From: an uncultured bacterium
GTDB taxonomy: Bacteria; Fidelibacterota; Marinisomatia; Marinisomatales; UBA1611
Assembly: GCA_943788175.1 (NCBI GenBank)
Contig: CALSPG010000003.1
Coordinates: 64,001 to 128,000 of the forward strand
Direction of reading: 5' to 3'
DNA length: 64,000 bases
The position numbers and the translations under genes are program-made. Under the pieces are notes generated by a model. It had not been told where the DNA came from. It did no database searches and saw nothing but the letters and a program-made list of their open reading frames with translations. Positions 51,090 through 60,000 of this stretch are shown in pieces (within the stretch, counting starts at the first letter, position 1; every line of letters starts with the position of its first letter).

Positions 51090-52736
51090 ATGAAAAGAAA
51101 TATTATACCGCCTGTTGGATCAAAACTAAATTGTAAAAATTGGCAAATCGAAGCTGCTTATCGAATGATTCAGCATAATTTAGATAAAGATGTTGCTGAA
51201 GATCCTGACGAATTAATTGTTTATGGAGGTAAAGGTAAAGCTGCTCGTGATTGGAAAAGCTTTGATTTAATATTAGAAACATTAAAAAGGCTAAATCATG
51301 ACGAAACATTAATAATACAGTCTGGAAAGCCTGTAGCTGTTTTAAAAACTCATTCATATTCACCTCGTGTTTTAATTGCAAATTCAAATCTAGTTCCAAA
51401 TTGGGCTAATTGGGAACATTTTGATAAGCTTGAAGCCGAAGGTTTAATGATGTATGGACAAATGACTGCAGGAAGTTGGATCTACATTGGTACGCAGGGA
51501 ATTCTTCAAGGTACATATGAAACTTTCATTGCAGCAGCCAAAAAACATTTTGGTTTAGAAAATCTAGCTGGAAAACTAGTACTGACATCAGGTCTTGGAG
51601 GCATGGGCGGTGCTCAACCTTTGTCTGTAACAATGGCTGGAGGTGTAGCAATTTGTATTGAAATAGATGAAAACAGGGTAAAACGCCGTCTTGAGACTAA
51701 ATACCTTGATAAAGCAACAAACAACCTTGATGAAGCTCTAAAATGGGCAAAATCAGCTGTAAATAATAAAAAGCCACTAAGTATCGGTCTTATTGGTAAT
51801 GCTGCTGAAGTCGTGCCTTTATTTGCTAAAAGAAAGGTGATTCCTGACCTTGTTACTGATCAAACTTCTGCGCACGATGAATTAGTGGGTTATATACCTG
51901 CAGGTTATAGTATTGATGAAGCAAAAAATCTTCGAGAAAAAAATAAAACTTTATATATAGAAAAGTCCATACAGTCTATGGGAATTCATGTCGAAGCTCT
52001 TTTAGAATTGAAGTATCTTGGATCTATTGTTTTTGATTATGGTAATAATATTCGAGCACAAGCAAAAAAAGCAGGTGTTAAGAATGCATTTGACATACCA
52101 GGTTTTGTACCTGAATACATCCGACCTCTTTTTTGTGAAGGGAAGGGGCCATTTAGGTGGGTAGCTTTATCTGGGGACAAAAATGATATATATAAAACTG
52201 ATGAAGTTGCTTTAAAAATGTTTTCTAAAGACAAAGCTCTATGTCATTGGATAAAAATGGCAAATCAAAAAGTTTCATTTCAAGGATTTCCATCAAGAAT
52301 TTGCTGGTTGGGCTATAAAGACCGTGTACGGTTTGGTCTAAAATTGAATGAGATGGTTAAAAAAGGTGAATTATCAGCACCAATAGTAATTGGACGAGAT
52401 CATTTGGATTGTGGATCTGTAGCTTCTCCAAACCGAGAAACAGAGGCAATGAAAGATGGCTCTGATGCTGTAGCTGATTGGCCTCTTTTAAACGCCTTAA
52501 TAAATACTGCTAGTGGTGCGACATGGGTATCAATTCATCATGGTGGTGGAGTTGGAATGGGATATTCGGTTCATGCTGGTCAGGTCATTGTAGCTGATGG
52601 AACAGAAGAAATGGATAAAAGAATTTCTAGGGTTTTGACAAATGATCCAGGTATTGGAGTTGTTCGCCATGCTGATGCTGGTTATTCTGATGCTATAACT
52701 AACGCTGAGGATTGGTCGATAGATATTCCTAAATAA
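51090..52736 (+). CDS. hutU: Urocanate hydratase
   Basis: [54 protein letters not shown] at 51090. Confidence 0.98.
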   Translation: MKRNIIPPVGSKLNCKNWQIEAAYRMIQHNLDKDVAEDPDELIVYGGKGKAARDWKSFDLILETLKRLNHDETLIIQSGKPVAVLKTHSYSPRVLIANSNLVPNWANWEHFDKLEAEGLMMYGQMTAGSWIYIGTQGILQGTYETFIAAAKKHFGLENLAGKLVLTSGLGGMGGAQPLSVTMAGGVAICIEIDENRVKRRLETKYLDKATNNLDEALKWAKSAVNNKKPLSIGLIGNAAEVVPLFAKRKVIPDLVTDQTSAHDELVGYIPAGYSIDEAKNLREKNKTLYIEKSIQSMGIHVEALLELKYLGSIVFDYGNNIRAQAKKAGVKNAFDIPGFVPEYIRPLFCEGKGPFRWVALSGDKNDIYKTDEVALKMFSKDKALCHWIKMANQKVSFQGFPSRICWLGYKDRVRFGLKLNEMVKKGELSAPIVIGRDHLDCGSVASPNRETEAMKDGSDAVADWPLLNALINTASGATWVSIHHGGGVGMGYSVHAGQVIVADGTEEMDKRISRVLTNDPGIGVVRHADAGYSDAITNAEDWSIDIPK

Positions 52737-52737
52737 A

Positions 52738-53946
52738 ATGAATAATAACTCTTTAAAGTTAATGAATGTTGGTACTTTGGTTTCTTATGATTCTGAACAG
52801 GATTCTATGGTGTCAAGCAAGAACCTAGAAATAGTCATTGAGGGCGGGAAAATAAAAGAAATAGGTAGAAATTTGAATTCAGCGGATGACATATATGACT
52901 GTAAAAATAAATTATTAACGCCTGGGTTTGTTGATTGCCATACTCATCCAGTTTTTTTTGAAGATAGGCACAGAGAATTTAAAATGAGAGTTGATGGTTT
53001 ATCATATGATGAAATTGCTGAAAGTGGAGGAGGTATTAATAGTAGCGTCAGTAGTTTAAGGTCAGCCTCAGAAATAAATTTAAAAAATAGAGTTCAGACT
53101 AGAATGGATAACTTTCTGAAACTAGGTACAACAACAATTGAGGCAAAAAGTGGATATGGCTTAAATCTTGATAGTGAATTAAAATCTTTGAAAGTCTTAA
53201 ATGACCTTAAATCAACTCATTTGATTGATATTGTTCCTACTTTTATGGGAGCTCATGCAATCCCAAAAGAGTATAAAAAAAAGCCCGATGAATATGTTGA
53301 TTATCTGTGTGAAGTCGTTATTCCAGAAATAGCAAAACAAGGGATAGCAGAGTATAATGATGTCTTTTGTGAAGAAGGATATTTTAATCTAGAGCAAACA
53401 AAGAGAATTTTAGAGATGGGTTGTGAATATGGACTAATTCCAAGAATTCACGCTGATGAATTTAAAAACATTGGTGGCTCCAGTATTGCTGGAATCTTAA
53501 AATGCGTCTCCGCAGATCATTTAATGAAAATTAATGATGAAGATATAGCGCATATGCTAGAGTCAAATGTAACAGCAGTATTATTACCTGGGACTACATT
53601 TTTCCTTGGGGAAAAAGCGTATGCACCTTATGAAAAACTTAAAAATACGGGGTTAGATGTTGCTATAGCAACAGATTATAATCCTGGCAGTTGTAATATT
53701 CAATCAATGACCTTTATTATCATGCTATCGGTTTTATATATGAAAATGAATATTTCTGATGCAATCTATTCCAGTACATACATTCCTGCAAAAGTATTAA
53801 ATAGGCATAAAACAAGCGGTTCAATAGAGGTTGGCAAAATTGCAGATATAATTATATGGGATGTTTTAGAACTTATTGAGATTCCTTATAACTTTTCAAT
53901 AAACCCTATACGCGACGTAATAAAATCTGGAAATTTTGTATTTTAA
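52738..53946 (+). CDS. hutI: Imidazolonepropionase
   Basis: PGFVDCHTH, GGGINSSV, EAKSGYG, DVFCEEG, HADE, SADHL, ATDYNPG. Confidence 0.96.
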   Translation: MNNNSLKLMNVGTLVSYDSEQDSMVSSKNLEIVIEGGKIKEIGRNLNSADDIYDCKNKLLTPGFVDCHTHPVFFEDRHREFKMRVDGLSYDEIAESGGGINSSVSSLRSASEINLKNRVQTRMDNFLKLGTTTIEAKSGYGLNLDSELKSLKVLNDLKSTHLIDIVPTFMGAHAIPKEYKKKPDEYVDYLCEVVIPEIAKQGIAEYNDVFCEEGYFNLEQTKRILEMGCEYGLIPRIHADEFKNIGGSSIAGILKCVSADHLMKINDEDIAHMLESNVTAVLLPGTTFFLGEKAYAPYEKLKNTGLDVAIATDYNPGSCNIQSMTFIIMLSVLYMKMNISDAIYSSTYIPAKVLNRHKTSGSIEVGKIADIIIWDVLELIEIPYNFSINPIRDVIKSGNFVF

Positions 53947-53987
53947 TATTTGTTAGAAACTCTCAAGAGTTTAATTTTAAGAATCAA

Positions 53988-54437
53988 ATGAACAAAATAT
54001 ATCACAAAACAGCTAAGTATATTTCAATTCTAACTTGTTTATCACTTCTAGTTTTTAACTATACTTTTGCTAATTATGCATTTAAAAAGAAAATAAAAAG
54101 TGTATGCTCCTCATACAGAGTCTCGGTTAATGCATCCGCTATGGATTTTGACAGTAACTTATTTTCTTTAACATTAGAAAGTAATAGAAATAATTTTGAA
54201 ATGGTTATGTTAGTAGGGTTTGCCTCTGCTGGGCAAGCTGTATCACATCAAAATAGCTTGGGACTTTCCAATGCGTATGTTCCACAAGAAATAAGTATTA
54301 GAGTAAATGTACCTTCATCAAAGGGTGAAACGATGGTTTTTGAAGCAACGTGTTCATCCAATGATGCTATTCAGCTCGCTGCAGGTACATTAGACTCTTC
54401 AGAGTTTATGCAAAAAATTGATTTACAAACTTCATAA
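53988..54437 (+). CDS. Hypothetical exported protein
   Basis: 149-aa ORF with an N-terminal hydrophobic signal-like segment; no recognised family. Confidence 0.65.
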   Translation: MNKIYHKTAKYISILTCLSLLVFNYTFANYAFKKKIKSVCSSYRVSVNASAMDFDSNLFSLTLESNRNNFEMVMLVGFASAGQAVSHQNSLGLSNAYVPQEISIRVNVPSSKGETMVFEATCSSNDAIQLAAGTLDSSEFMQKIDLQTS

Positions 54438-54446
54438 GGAGAAATT

Positions 54447-54680
54447 ATGATTGGCTTAGGATTAGAAGAAACTTTATTACAGTATGTGCGTGCCGTAGGC
54501 TGGTCTGTTACAGCAGCAGTCGGTTTTGCATTTGGGGTAGGAATTGCTTTGAAAGTTTTTGACTGGTTATCAACAGACATAGATGAATGGGAAGAAATAA
54601 AAAAAGGGAATATAGGCGTCTCTTTAATATTTATTTCTTTAATCGTTATGGTTGGGTTACTGGTTTATAAAGTGATTTAA
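54447..54680 (+). CDS. DUF350-family small membrane protein
   Basis: AAGGAG SD; FDWLSTDIDEWEEIKKGNIGV motif between two TM helices. Confidence 0.8.
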   Translation: MIGLGLEETLLQYVRAVGWSVTAAVGFAFGVGIALKVFDWLSTDIDEWEEIKKGNIGVSLIFISLIVMVGLLVYKVI

Positions 54681-54706
54681 GCATTATTTAGAAATTATTA
54701 TTATCT

Positions 54707-54736
54707 AAAAGAGCCTTATCTTAGGCTCTTTTTTTT
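54707..54736. terminator. Bidirectional intrinsic terminator
   Basis: AAAAGAGCCT-TATCTT-AGGCTCTTTT plus T tract, between convergent genes. Confidence 0.85.
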
Positions 54737-56195
54737 ATAAAACTGTGTCGATAGTAATTAAAAATAAAGGTGATGAAACTGTACAAAGAAAGTTGACGGC
54801 GTCATTGTTCAGTCTTTTATCCCCAGTAAAAAGATAATAGTTTTTAATATAAGACTCAGAAATAATTAAACCACTTTTTGATATAAATCGACTCTGGAAT
54901 GAGCTTCCTATTATTGAATCAAAAAGAGAGGCAAAAAAACCAGACATAAATATCATCATTAGATATTTAACATCAATTTTAAATAAATATCCAGTTAGAC
55001 TAATTAATAGTGACCCCAATAAAGATCCAACTATTCCCATGGCAGTTACACCGCCCGATTCTCCCGTTTCTAATTTTTTTCTAGATATTATATCGATTGG
55101 GTTTGTTTTGGAAAACTTTCCAATTTCAGTACCCCAAGTATCAGAGTTTGCGGCTGCGATTGCTGCAATGAATGAATAATATAAAAAGTTGTTAGGATAG
55201 AAATGATTAATAATACATAAAAGCAAAGCTAAGCCCCCATTAGCAAAAACCTGAGCAGCATTACGATTACTTTCAAGATTCATAGTCTGATGATTATTGA
55301 ACTTTGAAAGGATTGTTGAAGATATAAAAAAAATACTAATTGGAATTAAATGATCTAAGCCGCCAAATCCTACAATGAGCGTTCCCATGAAATTTGCGCT
55401 TATGAATCCACTTAACGATAAGTGTTTTTTTCTAAAGAAATAGAAAAGAAAAATAAAAATCAGGATAATTATAAATAAAAATTCACTTAAAAAGTTATTT
55501 TGGTTTAAATGATTAAATAATTCTATAAAAAGAAATGCTGTGATGGGGATTGTTAGGTTATCAGAACCTTTAAAACTTATTGATTCGGAAAAAGTAATCG
55601 CAATTGAACAAATAATTATGGCAATTGTAGTATTTAAAATGTCAAAATCGATAAAAATAAAGTGAGAAACTAATGTCATTAAAACTAGAGTAGCTGTAAA
55701 CATAGCAGCAGAACCTTCAATTGACTTTATATCTCCAGCGATATTGTATTTATGTACACTTCTTTTCCTGTTTCCAACAAATGAAGCTAAGGGGTCAGCA
55801 ACCGCTAAAATTATATAGGAGGCAGCTATTTGATATGAATAATCCCAAAATAGACCACAAATTAGTATGAAAGAAAGCGGAAAATAAATTGTACCGAGCG
55901 ATTCCCTTCCAATATCATGAAAACTATTCAATTTATTATTTTTGTAACTAATTAAATTTATGAAGAGAAATAAAAAAGCTAATATTATTGGCTGAATTTT
56001 ATTTGGAAAAAGAAAAGGGCTTGATGAAACTGCCAGCCCTGTAAAAAGATGTATTATGGCTCGGTTTGAAGAGGCTGATAATATTTTTTTTTTGTAACCG
56101 AATTCACCGAAAAGGATTAAAAATAATATTAAAAAAAGAAATAAAACAAATAATTCCCACGGACTGTCCAATTGGTATAAAATTTGATTAAACAT
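54735..56195 (-). CDS. Membrane protein: polyprenol (phytol/dolichol) kinase-like domain fused to DUF92 (TMEM19-like)
   Basis: N-half LAVADPLASFVG, KSIEGS, SDNLTIP; C-half RNAAQVFANG, SDTWGTEIG, SGGVT, DSIIGS, NNDAVNF. Confidence 0.8.
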   Translation of the reverse strand: MFNQILYQLDSPWELFVLFLFLILFLILFGEFGYKKKILSASSNRAIIHLFTGLAVSSSPFLFPNKIQPIILAFLFLFINLISYKNNKLNSFHDIGRESLGTIYFPLSFILICGLFWDYSYQIAASYIILAVADPLASFVGNRKRSVHKYNIAGDIKSIEGSAAMFTATLVLMTLVSHFIFIDFDILNTTIAIIICSIAITFSESISFKGSDNLTIPITAFLFIELFNHLNQNNFLSEFLFIIILIFIFLFYFFRKKHLSLSGFISANFMGTLIVGFGGLDHLIPISIFFISSTILSKFNNHQTMNLESNRNAAQVFANGGLALLLCIINHFYPNNFLYYSFIAAIAAANSDTWGTEIGKFSKTNPIDIISRKKLETGESGGVTAMGIVGSLLGSLLISLTGYLFKIDVKYLMMIFMSGFFASLFDSIIGSSFQSRFISKSGLIISESYIKNYYLFTGDKRLNNDAVNFLCTVSSPLFLITIDTVL

Positions 56196-56261
56196 TATAG
56201 CATCAAATTATTTGTTTTTTTAAATATTCTGCAAGGTTATTACTTTTAATAAATTCTAAAT

Positions 56262-56840
56262 ATGAAAGTAGCCGTAAATGATTTCGTAAAGAGGCAGACA
56301 GAATTATCTGGTAAAACCTTTTCTAATGATCTTTCTTTTGGGTTTTTTGCTAATCATGCGAAGGATAAAATGATAAAAAATGAATTCTTGATTGGTTATC
56401 GAAAAGGAGTCCGGATTGTTACGATTGACAAGAAATATGTCCATAAAGTATTTTGTCCATATGTAAAAATTACCAAAGATATTAAACTCGTCTCAAAGCT
56501 GGTAAAAAGAAAAGAAAATGAATTGCCTTATATTCAGACTCGAGCCATAAATGGTATTCCTGTTAAGGCCGGTTCGGTAGATCTTATTTTATATAGTCAT
56601 AAAGTTTTACTTGAGAATGATGAAAATACTACAGATGCTGACTGGGAGTTAGTAAGTATAAATGCGATACCGGATGGTGAAGACACAATGCCTATTGCTC
56701 CCGTAACAATGATGAGAAATCAACTTAATTTGGCTGGTGGGACTAAAGCTCTCTACTCAACTGAAGAATGGGCCAAATCAGTGCAATTTTGGCAAAAATA
56801 TGCTTCATTAAACCCAGTAAATTCAATAGACGAAGATTGA
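56262..56840 (+). CDS. DUF3228-family protein
   Basis: ELPYIQTR, LILYSH, ADWELVSIN, MPIAPVTMMRN, AGGT, SVQFW pattern. Confidence 0.7.
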   Translation: MKVAVNDFVKRQTELSGKTFSNDLSFGFFANHAKDKMIKNEFLIGYRKGVRIVTIDKKYVHKVFCPYVKITKDIKLVSKLVKRKENELPYIQTRAINGIPVKAGSVDLILYSHKVLLENDENTTDADWELVSINAIPDGEDTMPIAPVTMMRNQLNLAGGTKALYSTEEWAKSVQFWQKYASLNPVNSIDED

Positions 56841-56860
56841 ATTAATAGTCCTCTAAAGCC

Positions 56861-56889
56861 TTGTAATTAATAAATTAGCTATTTAACTT
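56861..56889 (+). promoter_or_regulatory. Probable promoter of the FN3/caspase-like gene pair
   Basis: TTGTAA-17-TAACTT, same pattern as the tRNA and rpsL candidates. Confidence 0.45.
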
Positions 56890-57018
56890 GCCTAGCAACC
56901 TATTATTTGTTGTAAATAGTTAAATTAGCGGAGTCCATAAAACGAGGATTTATCTTCTGTTTGGAATTTAAATACATAAAATAGTAATTGACGATATCAA
57001 ATTGATGTAAATATATAC

Positions 57019-60000
57019 ATGCGTTCGAAAAAAATTATAAATAAGATTTTATTATTCTTTTTTATTGTGCTATCGATTATTTCAGGCCAGGCTTTTGAGA
57101 TATCTGGTACTATTAAAGATGAAAGTGGTAAAAAAGTTTCAAATGCGAGACTGACTTTATACTCTTCAAAATATCAACTAGTAAAAACAGAAAGAACTAA
57201 AGGTAATGGTAAATTTAAGTTTAAAAAAATTACACCAGATAAATACACCTTAAATATTTATGGGGCTGGAGGAAACTCTGCCACCAAAGAAATTGATTTA
57301 AGATCTAAATCATTAACAAAACTCGAAGTAATTACATCTCAAGATGACAGGCAGCCTCAATTAACTGTGGTATCAGAAGTTGGTAATGTTATTTTAAAAT
57401 GGGAACCAATAAATAATTCTGGTGAGTACATAATTTTTAGAAATAATACAGAACTCACTAAAACTTCAAAGCCATCATACAAAGATAAAGTAATTGGTGG
57501 AAAGTCTTATGCTTATAACATTACAGCTGTTGATAATAATGGTGAGAAGGGTACCAGGTCATTAACGGAACACGGAAAGGCTCTCTTAAAATCTCCTGCA
57601 AATATTAAAGCGCTAGCAAAAAAAAACACAATATCCCTTTCTTGGGATGAAGTTCAAAATGCAAATAGTTATAATATTTATAGAGATGATGATCTAATTA
57701 ATACAACAACGGAGTTAGAATATTCTGATTACAAATTGAAATATGATGAAGATTATGATTATACGATAGTTTCTGTTGATCACCACCAAGAAGAAGGGCC
57801 AAAGTCAAGTTCGAAGTCAATTTCTACCCATAAAGAAGTAAAAAAAATCAAAAAGATCAAAGCAGAAGCTGGTGAGAGCATTGTCGATCTTGAATGGACT
57901 AAGCATGAACTCGCTGTCAAGTATAAAATATATCAAAATGGAACTCTAATTGATTCAGTTAAAGCTATTAAATACACTGCTAAGACTGATCCTGGAACTG
58001 AAAACTGTTTTACAGTCTCTGCTGTTGATAAACACGGAACAGAAGGGCCTCAATCTGTACCAGCTTGTGATAAAGCACAGTTTCCTCCTCCTGAAAAAAT
58101 TAGTTTAACTCTTGGAGAAAAATATTCTGATGAAATGAATTCTCTTAGAATTGAATGGGTCCCGGTTGAAGGCCCATCCTCATATAATATATATCGAGAT
58201 GGTAAATCTCTAACAAATTCTAAAAACACTAGCTATCATGATAAGGACTTAGACTTTGGCAAAGAATATACTTATGAGATTTCATCTCTTTCTGATGATG
58301 GGTTAGAGGGGCCATTATCAGAACCTACTAAAGAGCAGACGCCAAAAATATTTAAAATAAATGGTCAACTTATTAATGAAAAAGGACAGCCTAAGATTGA
58401 AGAAGCAAAAGTTTTCTTGTATAATGATAATAATGTTTTATGGGAAGAGTATACTTCGGGCTCAAATGGAAAATTTACATTAGAGAACCGTATAATATCT
58501 GGTAACTACAGAATTAAAGTATTCGGAAACGGACATGGTAATAATGGGGAATATGCTGGTAATGGTGGGATAAATATTAACATAAAAAATAAAGATGAGA
58601 GTCCAAAAATAAATTTATCAACAGATGGACTCAGGCCTGAATTATCTGCGAAACGAGGAGTCCAAAGAGTTCTTGTAAGGTGGAAAGCGCTCCCACATGC
58701 AGAATCTTATACAGTTTATAAAAATAATAAACCTGTAGCTGATAAAATTAAAGAAACTAAATATATTGATAATGTTGCCCCTGGAAAATTTTATGAATAC
58801 CATGTTAGGGCATGGGATTTGTATGATTTGGAGGGGCCAGAGTCTAATAAAGAAAAGCAAAAATCGTCGTATCAATTTCCAACTTTAAAACCTAGTATTA
58901 AAATGAATGCTCTTAAAACTGAAGGTAGCGGGCGAATTGTTACGCTTGAGTGGATTGCAATTCCGAATGTGGAAAAGTATGCTATTTATAGAGATAGTGT
59001 GCTAATATCAAAACAAGAAGAATTAACCTATGTTGATTCTTTAGAATGGGGTAAGGAATACAAATTTAGTATTAATTCTATTGATCCAGATAACGATGAG
59101 GGCGCCATATCTGAAGATGTTATTGTTGTTACTCACCCTGAAGTTTTAACACCTGAACTGAAAGCGTTAGGGAATGTTAATGCAGTAGATTTAACCTGGA
59201 CGGATTTAAGTCCTATTGCTACCTTTTATAAAGTGTTTCGTAATGGAAGTTATCTTGGAGATTTCGATAATCCATCCTTTTCTGATAATGTTGCTCCCGG
59301 AAAAGAATATTGTTATTCAGTGTCAGCGGCAGATCAATATGGAACAGAAGGTGAACAATCAACAACTGAGTGCGGAAAAGGTCAGTTTGCCCCTCCTTCA
59401 AATTTTTCGGCTGAAGTAATGCGTAATACAGTTCGGTTTAATTGGAAGTCCGTGGAGGGTGTTAGTGGATATCATCTATACAGGAATGGTGAACTCATCC
59501 TTACAACTCAAGATTTCTCTCATTTAGATGAAAATATAGAATATGATAAAGACTTTCAGTATGATATTGCTTCATTTGATCAAGATGGAGACGATGGACC
59601 TATAGTAAGCGTAAAAGTACGTACTCACGAAGAAATAACTAGTCCAGTGATGGCTGGTGCTGCAGATCTAAAGCAAGTTACTTTAACTTGGAATCAGCTA
59701 CCATTACGTATTGACCATGTTTACAAAGTTTATAGGGATGGACTCCTCCTTGCTGATTTAACCGATACTTTTTATGTCGATATTGTAGATCCCGGGCAAT
59801 ATTATTGTTACAAAATTACGGCTAAAGACTCTTATGGTACAGAAGGTCCAGCTTCAAATGAAGAATGCTTTAAAGTTTTAGTTAATTATCCAAAAGGATT
59901 CACTCTAACAGGAGATGTTAAAAGAGTCTTGTTTAGATGGAAGCAGATGTTAGGAGCAGTACAATATAATATTTACACTCATAATAAGGATAACGGTGAA

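Noticed and set aside
56890-57018. ~130-bp leader with small hairpins as a riboswitch or ncRNA
   Set aside because: Only short weak stems (GCAAC/GTTGT, ATATCA/TGATGT); no riboswitch consensus recognised. An Infernal/Rfam search would be needed.
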